Shown piece after piece: positions 22,101 through 36,376 of a DNA stretch of 64,000 nucleotides (position 1 is the first letter of the stretch; each line of letters opens with the position of its first letter). Origin of the DNA: Macrostomum lignano (taxonomy: Eukaryota); contig NIVC01001990.1 in the NCBI GenBank assembly GCA_002269645.1, forward strand, positions 41,766-105,765, in the 5' to 3' direction. Under the pieces are notes generated by a model that worked only from the letters and a program-made list of their open reading frames with translations, was not told the DNA's origin and did not search any database. The translations under genes were made by a program, and so were the position numbers.

Positions 22101-24521
22101 TAGGTCAGAAGCTATATAATACATGTACAGTTTAGTTTATTAAAAAAAAGTTTATTCCATTCTTTGTTGGCTGCTTGTTGCTGCTTGCTATGCTAATAAT
22201 GGAGCGTACCCTTTTAAACTGCATATACCTGTAACTGCAGTACATACTTGTTCAATTTATAAATTCTTAAAAATATAATGTCACGGAACTAGCTAAATGA
22301 TGTTGTCACTCTGTAGTAACTGGCCAAAGTTGTGTGCCGTGCAAAATACATGTAAATATAGAAGCAGTAGAGAGTGAGGAAAGGTGAAGATGGTTAGAAT
22401 TTCGTTGTTTTTGGGAAATGTAGTAAACGTTCAAAAGCTAACGAAAAGCTAACATTAGCTTAACGACCAAACTAACGGAAAGACTAACGTTAAAGTCTAA
22501 CGTAAACCTAATAACGAAAATTTGTTAGCTATGTAACGTTTTTCTAACGTTATTTTAACGATAGACCTTGGACTAGGGAACATCCTTCAAATGCTGGTTG
22601 ACGAAATGTCTATGAACCGGCACTCCAGCTCATGATCTCATGCATTCGTAGACCACGTCTCATCGTCTCAAGTCACAATTATCCTGTAAAATTGTCTTCT
22701 CAATAAAATATATGTAGCCTCATTTTGTTATTCCGTCAGCAATTTGTGTGGCATGTGTGAGGTATTCACTTTTCGAAGATCTATCTGACAAAGTTCACCG
22801 CTATTATGCGATGTACATGTATATATACGTGCCATGCTGCTGTGAGGAATGTCCTAGAAGTTCGAGCGCGAGTGCCTTAATTCGTCTACTGTCGATAATT
22901 GGCTTCACAAGTATACCGTACCAATTCCTTCACACCTTGGAAGTTGCGTCGGTTCTTCTGTTCTTAAGTCAGCCTTCCGGAGGACCGGAGCGCTCGACTG
23001 TGTCTTCCATGCACAGCCCGGCCTCCATGGACCTCACAAACTCTGCACTTGGGCTGTCCGGATAAAACGATGGAGTTTTTTCTCTTAATGTTTTCTCAAT
23101 TTAGACAGTCTCGAGCTCAATCTCCGCTCTTAAAAATGGCTTTAAAATGCTGTTAATTATCAATTGTTCATCCAAAATGAAAAAAATAATGATGTTATTG
23201 TCACGAAAACGAATAAACGAAGCTGACGCGGACATCTTCGTTAAGTCGATTAAAGTTAATTACTCAATGCCCTGCAGCTGCACATGAGAGCGGATAGCAT
23301 GTAAAAAAATTCATTTTCATTAACTATAACAGTTTAGATTATTAAATTCCCAGTGTCTTCAGTAAAATTTGCTAAAAATCTGAAATATCGCAAAAGGAAA
23401 CTTACCTTGGTTTTTACCTTGGAAACCTACCAAGCTTTAGGTAACATACTCAAGGACCACTAGAAGAATCTTCTTATAGTGGTCCTTGAACCATCAGTGT
23501 CACAATCACGTAGCAGAATAGGACACGTTTTTTTCGGCTTCAGAAGCGGTCAATACATGTTTTGTGTACGAAAATGTATTTGTAAGATGTATCAGCCTTG
23601 AACATCCTCTCTAGGTTGTTGCAAACCGTCAGAGGTTTTACTTTTTTAGATTAAACAAAATTTTTGTAATACGTATGGCAAGTTTCATTTAGATTAAAAA
23701 GATTAAAAACCTTGTTCTTGCAGATCAAAGTCAGTGGTCAATGGTCAACTTGTTTTAAAACAATATAAGTAATTTGCTTTTAATCTTTTAAAAATCACGC
23801 TACGAAGGGGTTTTCGTAGAAATTGTTTAAACGGCCCACTGTCACGTTGTCTTATTAAGCTCCAAAATTAAGACCTAGAGCCTCTTCACGGCAATCGATT
23901 CCAGAACCAGAATCGGTTCGGATTTCCAAGAAAAAAAGCAGTATAACTATTTAACTTTGTTGAATGTTTGACTGCCTTAACAGCCTCACTTTGCACAATT
24001 TTTCACTTTTTTTGGCTATTGCCATTCAATAATCACAATTTTAAAGCACTAATATCCCTCTAGTTTAGGAGACAAAAAGTTTTACTTTACAAATTGGTTC
24101 TGGTTCTAGAACCAGAACAAGCAATATGAAGAGCCTCCTAGTTAAAATCATTCATCATTGGCAAATACAAAAGTACCGCGTAAAGAAATTTAGCTCCAAA
24201 ATAGAAACAGGTGTGTTCTACCGAGGAACTAGATAGACGTGCTACTCGTACTCAAAAGAAAGTACATTGATAGAAAACTATTAGGACCAAAATAGTAGAA
24301 AATTGGGGATTAGGCCTGTATAGGTCTAATTAAATAATTTTGGTTATATTGGTTATATTCTGCACAAGTTTAGAATGCTTTAAACTAGGGGCCTAGGAGC
24401 TCACACTAGTACACCATTTTTACTATTAAACAGTTTAGATATTATTATTTTTAATATTTAATTTTATTTATTGAATATTTTTATTATATTTGGGCCTACT
24501 ATAAATAATATTACTTATTTA

Positions 24522-25357
24522 CGAGGGGTGTCCCAAAAGTTCCCGGAATGTCTAACGTAGCTCTTCAACAGAGCCATGAAATTTCACGCCCATGGTGTCA
24601 AATGAAAGGAAATTTTGTCACAAAGAATACAAAGTTAAAATCATGTTGATATCTTTTTTTATTCAAGAGCTACAGCAAGAAATGTGCGCAAAGGTCAGGG
24701 GTAATGACAATGTTATACAACCTCAACAATCTATGGCAATAATTTTTTCATCTCCATTTTTGGAGTTTTTCATTTTGAGTTCGTGCTACTAACATGTCAG
24801 AAAGATGTGGTAGTGTCTATGGAAAAAAGCAAAAATGCTCATAAAGCTAATCTGAGCTTTTGTGCAAGTGCAGATAATTCGTACCAAGCGCTTGCTTTCA
24901 ACTTGAAATTTCTTTGCGAAAATGAGTTCTCTTCAGAGCCTTGAAAGTCAGCGAAGTCAAGTTTTTGCCCTTTGGTCAGTAGGATGGAGTGGAGCCAAGA
25001 TTTCTGACCACTTATTCTCCATCCACGGTGAGAACAGCCTGAAAAAAACTGCAATTTACAGATGGATCGAATGCTTTAAAGATGGCCAGTCTGCTGTGAA
25101 TGAATTCAAAATGAAAAACTCCAAAAATGGAGATGAAAAAATTCTTGCCATAGATTGTTGAGGTTGTGTAACACTACCCCTGACCTTTTGCGCAAGTTTC
25201 TTGCTGTAGCTCTTGAATAAAAAAAGATATCAACATGATTTTAACTTTGTATTCTTTGTGACAAAATTTCCTTTCATTTGACACCATGGGCGTGAAATTT
25301 CATGGCTCTGTTGAAGAGCTACGTTAGACATTCCGGGAACTTTTGGGACACCCCTCG
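24522..25357 (+). mobile_element. Non-autonomous mariner derivative, 836 bp, with about 180-bp TIRs
   Basis: 24522-24703 is a near-perfect reverse complement of 25175-25357. Ends are TA|CGAGGGGTGTCCCAAAAGTT with a TA TSD. Internal mariner HTH relic GWSGAKISDHLFSIHGENSLKKTAIYRWIECFKDG. Confidence 0.92.
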
Positions 25358-25512
25358 TATTATTAAACCTCACATTGCAGATCATGCTTTTTATATGCTC
25401 CTTTGTATGTGCACTGGTTTTTGATATTTTAAATTTCTATATATTTTTTTATTTAGTTTTTATAGGTTTAGGGCATAGAAATAGTGCATAAATCACCTTT
25501 CAAAAATTTTAT

Positions 25513-25902
25513 GGCGATCTTCTAGTTTGTTTTGCTATGGTGCATCAATGTAGTGAAACATTAGAAAACTATATCTATGGCCAAAAGGGATAGGAAATAG
25601 CACTGTTAAAGACATTCTATTCTGATATCACTGGCTATCTTCTAGACCACCCGATAGAGCTTGGGGGTGCTAGACAAACTGTAGAAGTTGACAAGTCCAA
25701 ATTCATGCACTGCTATATTGGGTGTCGCATTATTATCCTTTATAACCAGATCCTCTATTTTCTACACCCAACTGTTACTGTTACTTATCTGCTTATATTT
25801 CGCATCACTTTTGGCCATAGGTATCATTTTCTGATGTTTTATTACATTGATGCACCATTTCAAACTTGAGAATAATATTGCAAAACAAACTAGAAGATTG
25901 CC
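25513..25902 (+). mobile_element. Merlin (IS1016-related) non-autonomous element, 390 bp
   Basis: TIRs GGCGATCTTCTAGTTTGTTTTGC / GCAAAACAAACTAGAAGATTGCC. Exact 8-bp TSD AATTTTAT at 25505-25512 and 25903-25910. Internal LDHPIELGGARQTVEVDKSKFMH resembles the Merlin IGG..VEIDESKF motif. Confidence 0.82.
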
Positions 25903-26189
25903 AATTTTATATACTACAAGCTGTTAAAACCCGCAGATTTTGAACCCGGGGAATTCCAATACCCGGAACTACTTTTGCATGTATTCTGAAATCTAAGGCC
26001 ATACACAAACAAAAACTTGTTAATAGTTAGTAGGATAGAGGTAGACATAAAATGGAGCACATTCGTGTAAAATTAAGGTTTGAGACATTGTTGGCTGGGG
26101 TACTGCGCAGAATGTCAGGCAATGTCTGTCTGACTCTAAAACATATATTGCTAAACTCTGGTCTCTCCCTGACTCTCCCTACTTCCCTT

Positions 26190-27455
<1,266 letters not shown>

Positions 27456-29689
27456 CTTGAAAAGCCAGTTTGTGGGACGTAGTACTATCATGGTTGTTAT
27501 CATTTCTCACGCTTTAATCACGTCATCTTTCTGGCCAATTAGCAGCCCTGAGAGAAATTTGTATATCTCTAGCTCCACCACCACAGTCTGCAGCAATCTA
27601 ACAACCATGGAAATACGCATTTCTTAGGAGGCCATTTAAATTTTAAAGTACCTTATGCAAATCTTAATGTTAAAATTTTCATGGTGTAACCAATTTAGTA
27701 GAATTGCATTGTAATCAGTTATTAATTAATTTTTAGATATTTTTATAAACCATCCCGTATCGCCTTGATTTGCCATCCTTGTTTAACTGCATGCTGCGAC
27801 TTGTCTATTCAGAGGACAGTGGTTTGATGGTTTGAAATTGAATCTCTCGCTAAACTCTCTCCTCTCCACGCCTCTCCACTTGCGGGGGTACAGAGAAAGC
27901 TATTAAAAAGTTATTCCAAAACACTGTACATTCGCTGTGTACATTGAGCCCTATCGCCTGATCCTTCGTCTGGGGGAATGAGTTGGATGAGCGGCAAACA
28001 ACAGAAAAAGCAGACAAACTTCACATTCTTACAGTTTCTTTTTCGGTTGAGTTACAGAGTTGAAACTTTACATTTAGATAGAGAATGAGTCAATGAAGAA
28101 TTGTGTCAAGTTTGAAGTCAATCGCTTTACGTGGAGCAAACTTATGGCAGCTGAAAGTTAGTCAATTTTGAAACCCTTTTACACATCTGGGCCCAGATCG
28201 GGAAGGAGGCAGGCGGGCGGAGGTTGGGGTGGTTGCTACGCTGAAAAAAACAGCCCAAAGAATCGGTAGAAGTGGAGTGGCGCTATGGAGGATTTAGTGA
28301 AAAATCGCGCATTTTGAGCAGTTTTTTGTACTTTTAGGTAGGAAGACTTGAGTCTAGGAAATTAAAAGGTAGCCTAAGACATTTGAGTTAGAGTTAGAGT
28401 CTTGTTTCATTGGCTTACGTATCTAACATTAAAACAAATGAATAGCTAAAACAAATTATTTGCATAATTAAAACAAAATATTATTCAGTAAAACAAATTT
28501 ACGAATTAAAACAAATCATACGATACTTGTTATTTTGGCAGGAATTTAATTTCGCGGAAACATACTAATTTTCTAGGAATAAACATAGGCCCTTCTACAC
28601 TACTATTCTATCCAATAGTGACTTACATGTGTATGTTGCCAATAGAAATGGCCGGGTGAATCCCTAGGTTGGCCCAAGCATGATTGTGTTAAAACCAAAA
28701 GTGGGGATTAAAAAGTCCAAGCACTAAAATGAGAAAATACCACCACTTGGGCCAGCATCCTAGGGCCAACAAGGGAAATGATGTCACGCAGAGGTTCCAA
28801 GTTGGGCATGCAAAAAAATAATAAATATGCAAGCAAATAATAGAATTAATTTTAATTATTATAGAGTGCAACCCCTGCGCCACATATGCATACTAGTTTC
28901 TCTAGACTCTAGTGACAATATTTTTGTGGTAAAAAAATTAGTGCTAAAAAATAGAAGCTTATATTTATAGTACTATAATATAATATACCTAGACTCTAAA
29001 TGGTATACACTATAGTCAGGCCATAGTTTGGATTGTGTATTAGTGTACGCCAGGTTTGTATGCTAATACAAAAAATTTGTCATTTGACACAATGTATCTA
29101 CTGTGTTATATACCAAGATATACCTAATAAATGCCAGGATATACCTAAAATGGAAAGACCCTTGTTGTATACTGGGAAATCCTAGCATACATGTTGCCTT
29201 CCAAACTATGGAAGTCAAGAAAGTGTCCTGTATCCCAGAATTTTCTAGTGTGCATTAGGCCTAATATGGTAGCTTGTTTATATTATGCTAAAATGGCAAC
29301 ACAGGCAATGTGGTTTACACTTGAGACTTAGTAATATAGAAAGCACTTTTCCAAAAATACATGTTAACAATATATTCTATAAGTGAATATGGTTTATGGT
29401 CAATAGCAATCATCAATGCTATGTTAGTAATCAATTCCTTAGCTCTTGGATCTAAGTGCTATTAGTCATTGGCATTGGCAGTTGTTGATGGTCAATAGAG
29501 ATATAGCTATATTGCTTTGGCTGATAGTGGTAGAAAATAGTGAAATCAATGTAGTTTGCAACAAACAAAGTGTAAACAAAGCTAAACTTAGAGGAAACCT
29601 TTTAGCTGAAGGCAGCATTGTCACTGCATTGCTATCATTTTCTTTCTTAGCATTTTTAGCTGCTTTTCTTCCATTGCTTGACTTTTAAT

Positions 29690-29865
29690 ATCACTATACT
29701 CTGCTTCATGTTTTGTCTTCAAGTGAGATTAGACTGTATACCACTATTGGTAGCATTAGCATTCTTTGTGTCTAATGAACAATTGTATGGCATATATTGC
29801 ACTTTGCCAAATATGGATTATTAGTATCTAGCAATGGGAAATAAATCCATAGTAAGCTTTTAGCT
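29690..29865 (-). mobile_element. Decayed BED zinc finger (hAT transposase relic)
   Basis: KSLLWIYF...AKCNICH, then after a stop and frameshift SHLKTKHEAEY. Confidence 0.55.
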
Positions 29866-32087
29866 TTTAGGGACTTGATTTATAGCTTTGGTTTTGGAAC
29901 TTTTAGTATTGTTAAAGGCATTGAAGCTAATGTAGTAGGGGCAAGAATAGCATTGCTAGCTCTATTTGAACTCATTGCAAGTGAAATTGAATTTGCATTA
30001 GTAGTTGCAATTACTGACAATAAATGAATTTTGACTTGTCATAATCAAAGAAAGAAAACTATTTGAAATAAGTTGAAGTTGAATTCATACAAACTTATTT
30101 AATAGTTTAATTGTTTAATATTTAGATTTTAATTTAAATCTATTATAGAAATATAAATACTAAATAGCATAAATCACTTAATTAACATATATCAATATGA
30201 ATTTATAATTTTCGACAATTGAATCTGCTATGAATGCATGGTTTGATAGGCCCTAAAGATATTCCCAAAGATACATCCAAATACTAATAAACCTATTAAG
30301 CTTGTAATTTGTAAACACTTTACTTTAATTTGAACTTTGCATAAAAGCTTGAAAAATGAACATAGAAAAGTATAGGCATAGGCTCCTAGCTTAATTTTAT
30401 CTGTTTTATATTTTAAACATACCAGTTATCTTTTGTACCTAAGAAAAATATTATGAATTTGTCTTTTTTGTGACACATTAAAATGAAAATTAAATTTATG
30501 AATATCTATCCATTTTGGAAATATCTAATTCTAAATGATCAAAATGAAAATCTATAATGTCAGAATAAACTTCATAATCAGAAACAGGAAAGCATGTTAT
30601 TACTATTATGCTTAGGTGATGTGACAGCTCACAGCCAATAGCAACTTACATTTTTGTGTCTGTGTTGCCAAACTTTCTTTAGGAAAATGAAAATTTGACC
30701 TAATATTTAAAATTAAAATTTGAATAATCTATGGCTAGATGTAGTAATGCAAGTGTAAGGAAAAGTAAAAATAATAAAAAGGTTACAATGTTATTGTTTT
30801 GAGCTTTTTGAATCTAAAGAAAGTGTCATAAAAGCATTACAATAAAAAAACAAATTAAGTTTTTCATAAGTAAAGACAGTTGTAACTAGTGATAGACCAA
30901 CTGTGGATTTTAGCAAGTTTTCAAATCCAAATATGTTTCAAATTTAAGCAAAAAGTAAAAGGTAAATGGCAAAAGTAACTATGACACTTTTAAGTAACAA
31001 GGGGTTTGATTTGTAAATTCAGTTCTATTGTAAGTTGTTACATGATATTATAACTTTTTGAATAAAAAGAAAAGATTACAAGTTTTTAAACCTTCTTTAT
31101 ATTAAAAAAATGTTTTGAAAAAAAGTTGATAAAAAACTTTTGCTTTTGGCTTTTTTATTTTATTAGTTTTACCAAAAGTTTCACAAAACTATAGCAGTGT
31201 TGCAAATATCAACTTCAAAAAACTAAGTATGTGAAATTGTGAATGCAGCTAACATCTATGGCATATTTGTCATTAGACATGGCCCAAAAATAAAAAAACA
31301 CTAAATAGCAAAAATAAAAGCAAACTAAGCTAACAATTTTATTTTTGTAATCAAACCAAAAGAAAAAACTCACATATGTTATAGATTGCCGTAAATGTAA
31401 GACTGTCTGTTTTCTGTTTGCTTACTCTATGCAGATCTAGCTAGGACAGTACAAAAACTTGACTTTCTGGCAGACAATGTGTTTAGATATCTTTATCTAG
31501 CTTCTGTGCTCATGTTTAGGGAGGGGATAGAGATTTTTGTTCAGCTGCTCACATTTTATAGAGGTTTGTTCATATTGCCATCAAAGGACCCATTTTGGTG
31601 TAAATTTATTACATGATTAAATGAAGCTGAACAAAACTATTAAATCCTAATTTTAAATTGTCAAAAAGTGACTATCCTAATTGGGAAGAATCCGCAATGA
31701 ACTTGGTAGCTTTGTAATTTATCTTTTTAAGTTTTTAACTAGAAGTAGAGTAGAAAAATGAAAATAACTTAGCAAGCTATAATAGAATAATTGTGATCAC
31801 ATACGCCTGGCATATAAAAAGTTCAATAAATTCAATATACAACTTGTAAGTAAAGGTCTATGTCACAGAATATAGTATTCTGTGGTCTATGTACTTATTT
31901 TTTGTAGTTCTGGTCATTTATTCTTTCTATTTGCTAACATTGATTGATATCCTTTTTTTACTTTTTTACTCGTTGAAAAGAAGTTTAAATTGCACTAAAT
32001 TGTTGTTGACGCATGCTTGCCTACTAAGAGTAGGATAATTAGTCTATAAACTCTATTATGCCTCCACTTCAGAAACGCGATCAGTAA

Positions 32088-33454
32088 ATGCCCGATCTAA
32101 CAAGCGGCAGTGACAGTAACAGTCAGGACAGCATCGTCAGCTTTGCTAGCAGCAGCTGTCTCGGCTGTCTGGCTGTTGGCATCGCCGTTGGTTGGCTACT
32201 GCGCAGCTCTTCAGCTGGCCGCGGCTTTGGCAGCCTCCTGACGCGGCTGGCCACCGGCACCCGGGTGAAAATGGTGCTGGTGCTGCGCGCCGATGTTGGC
32301 ATGTCGCGCGGTAAAGCTGCATCGCAGGTTCGTGCGGAGCTCCTCCCTTCATATTGCGTCACTTCCCCATTGTCACATTCTTTTTTTCCTACCCCCCCCC
32401 CCACTATCTAATTACCTTTAGCAATTCCCCATCAGAACATTCCCTTAGCAATTCCCCTTCGTCGAATTTCCTTTTCCCCAGTCTCCATCATCACATCCCT
32501 TAGCAATTCCCCAGTCTCCATCATCACATCCCCTTAGCAATTCCCCAGTCTCCATCATCACATCCCTTAGCAATTCCCCAGTCTCCATCATCACATCCCC
32601 TTAGCAATTCCCCAGTCTCCATCATCACATTCCCTTTAGCAATTCCCCAGTCTCCATCATCACATCCCTTAGCAATTCCCCAGTCTCCATCATCACATCC
32701 CCTTAGCAATTCCCCAGTCTCCATCATCACATCCCTTAGCAATTCCCCAGTCTCCATCATCACATCCCTTAGCAATTCCCCAGTCTCCATCATCACATCC
32801 CCTTAGCAATTCCCCAGTCTCCATCATCACATCCCTTAGCAATTCCCCAGTCTCCATCATCACATCCCCTTAGCAATTCCCCAGTCTCCATCATCACATC
32901 CCTTAGCAATTCCCCAGTCTCCATCATCACATCCCTTAGCAATTCCCCAGTCTCCATCATCACATCCCTTAGCAATTCCCCAGTCTCCATCATCACATCC
33001 CTTAGCAATTCCCCAGTCTCCATCATCACATCCCTTAGCAATTCCCCAGTCTCCATCATCACATCCCTTAGCAATTCCCCAGTCTCCATCATCACATCCC
33101 TTAGCAATTCCCCAGTCTCCATCATCACATCCCCTTAGCAATTCCCGTAACGTAAACCCGCAGGCCGCCCACGCCGCGGTCTCCAGCTACCGGGCCGCCG
33201 GCCGCTATCCCGAGCTCCGATCGGCCCTACGCCAATGGGAGCTGCTTGGCCAGCCGAAAATTTCGTTGCGTGTCGATTCAGCCGACGAATTGCGCCAACT
33301 AGAGGCGGAGGCCAGGCGGCTGGGCCTGCCGGTGGCTCCGGTGGCCGACGCTGGGCACACAGAAGTGGCGCCTGGCACCGCAACGGCTCTGGGCATTGGG
33401 CCGGCCCCCGAGCCCGATATTGACCGGGTGACCGGGCATCTGAGGCTGTTTTAG
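32088..33454 (+). CDS. PTRH2: Peptidyl-tRNA hydrolase 2 (Bit1). Exons 32088-32327 and 33164-33454
   Basis: N-terminal hydrophobic anchor, KMVLVLRADVGMSRGKAASQ|AAHAAV, WELLGQPKISL, VADAGHTEVAPGTATALGIGP and IDRVTGHLRLF; phase-0 junction. Confidence 0.93.
32410..33147. repeat. 33/34-bp minisatellite (CCCTTAGCAATTCCCCAGTCTCCATCATCACAT) filling the PTRH2 intron
   Basis: About 20 units ending about 15 nt before the acceptor. Confidence 0.97.
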
Positions 33455-33714
33455 ACTGCTGAGGGACAAATCCCCCACCCCATCCCAGCCACTGAATAGG
33501 AATATTAGTTAATTAGTTGAAGAGGTTTACAGCTGACAGAAATCTATCCGCTTAATGACGAGGCATTTTAATTGCTCAATCCTTGTATTTAAAAAATAGT
33601 TTTCAACAATACGCCTACTTACCAAGTAGTTACAATAAATTCAGAGTTGCTAAGGTTTTCCTAGTACTACTGTATAGAGATTAGCTTTTTAATTCCCCAT
33701 CATCGCCCTCCGAT

Positions 33715-33960
33715 TATTAATTCCCCATCATCGCCCTCCGATTATTAATTCCCCATCATCGCCCTCCGATTATTAATTCCCCATCATCGCCCTTCGATTA
33801 TTAATTCCCCATCATCGCCCTCCGATTATTAATTCCCCATCATCGCCCTCCGATTATTAATTCCCCATCATCGCCCTTCGATTATTAATTCCCATCATCA
33901 CCCTTTGATTATTAATTCCCCATCATCGCCTTCCGATTATTAATTCCCCATCATCGCCCT
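33715..33960. repeat. 28-bp minisatellite (TTAATTCCCCATCATCGCCCTCCGATTA) downstream of PTRH2
   Basis: About 9 units. Confidence 0.93.
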
Positions 33961-34623
33961 CCTCTCTACAAGTAACAGATGGGTTTGTGTTTTGATTATT
34001 ATTAATTGACCATATAAATGTAATAATGAATAGTTTTTAAATATATTAGCTTTTTCACAACGTGTGGACCTTAAGCTTCCCGTTTCTTACAAATTGCGGT
34101 AAGCAGACCCGACTACTTGGCCTTATCTGGCCTTATCTATCACACGCGCGACCACACGCTCACGCAGTCAGGCTTTGGTTCAGCCTTGGCCCTATTCCCT
34201 ATCGCATACCCTATACGGCTATTATAGGTTTCACAGAGTTCTGTGATTAGCCGCATAGCTTCCTGTGTTTCTCTTCATCCCTTATTTTCTTGCCTGTTAG
34301 GGACTATAATCAGCCGATGACCTCTATTTGCTACCCTCTTCTCCTAGTCCTCAGCAGCACTGTTTGTTTGCTTGATTGCTTTGGAGAACGGCTACTTTAA
34401 ACTTTGTTTGATATCGATAGAGTTTTCTTCTCTGCCAAATTTAGTATTGCAGTTTAGCTCATATTCCTGCTGACGTCATAGCGCCCCGGGCTGTTTCTTT
34501 CATCTTGCGCAGTGTGCTTTTTTTACTTCTGCTGTTGTTCGCTTGGCAACAACTTGTGGTGTCCCTCAAAACTGCTTAATCGCTTCTTCACAATTCACCT
34601 TCATCCCATCATATGTAAGCACG

Positions 34624-35065
<442 letters not shown>

Positions 35066-36376
35066 CATGTCTTCTTCATCTCAGTCAATATCCATCTTTT
35101 ATGTTTTTCTCGTGTAGAGCTTAAGCTGCCTCGCAAAATCACTTTAGTTCCTGAATACCGTTTTAAGAAGTACTCGAATTCTTCATGCCATATTGAGTGT
35201 ATCATGTCCGCCACTTTCAAATAATGTAATTCCCGTCGAGCAAATACACAGATCTATTTGTATAACTTGCATTTAGTTTAAATGCGATTTTTTTATCAGC
35301 AACTTTCCTAGCTTTTTATTTAACAGGCGTCTCAAATTTATCTGTAGAACTTTGCTTTAAAAAGAGCGTAATATTAATTTTTACAGGCACTTATGTTGAG
35401 GTTGCTTTATCAGTTCATTTATTTGTGTTATGGCTATCTAAAATATGTACTCAGGCGGTTTCAAAATCATTTATTGCCTCGGTGTGCCTGCCCTGATGAA
35501 TTGATTTTTGTCTGCTTTGCCTTTGGCATGGCTGGTTAAGCTGTATTATTATACACGAGAGCCCAGCTGAGCCAGAAATATTGTTTGTTTCTCCATCCCC
35601 TGCGAATTGATTGCGGCCTGGCGTCCAGCGTTTGTTCGCCGATGAGGCAAGGCAAGCAGAGAAGGGCGCTGGAGAGAGAGCAGGATGCAGATGATGGTCC
35701 CAGAATCCCTGAGCAATAAAAATGGCGCGCGTATAGAATCTGAAATAATGCTTATAAAGAAGTCTAGTAATCTATTCAGCTATAGCTCTAGCGATCATCA
35801 AATGAACGAGTTTTTGTCATCTCAGTGCGAACTGTTACGCTTTATTAAAGTGCACTTGTTAAACTGATTGAATTTGCGTGGCGCACCAAAAAGGAATGAC
35901 GCAAACGAATGACTGTTCTAAAAGGATCCCAGGAAGTTTTTCAATGATTCGCCATTCGGGGCCATCCTGCAGCCTCGTCTCTTGGTTTGGGCGAGAATTT
36001 CTGTAATTAACAAAAATTAGCGTGTCGCCTAAAGGAAAAATAGGGATTAATGTACCAGAGGGCGACGATACTATATAATTATAGTAGACGATGACTTCTC
36101 CTATGCTTGATGCTCCTGCTCATTTTCATCTCGAGATTGATTATTTATTTATGCGAGCCGATGCGATGCACAGAAGCACGAGAGTGGCTGGCTGCCTCTT
36201 GCGCGTTGCATTCTACAGATTCTGCTTTGTTGAGAGCAAATATAATTTTCATCAAGCAAATACGGCTATGTCAAACGCTTGCTTATTTAGCTCTCATCTT
36301 TGATCAGAAAGCTAGATACTGTTTGAATTTTGAAGAAAGTCCAGCTGTCAAATTTCTCATCTCGGCTGGTTTTGGG

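Noticed and set aside
22780-23070. Minus-strand frame with two in-frame TGA codons, suggesting readthrough or selenocysteine (EG*LKNRR...SKV*RNWYG)
   Set aside because: There is no recognisable selenoprotein motif or SECIS element. Decayed TGG-to-TGA changes in a TE or pseudogene relic are more likely, and the family could not be assigned.
22390-24140. Small MITE-like structures (CTAACG-rich 22400-22570; AGAACCAGAA inverted ends 23878-24140)
   Set aside because: The inverted matches are too degenerate to define ends or TSDs by eye.
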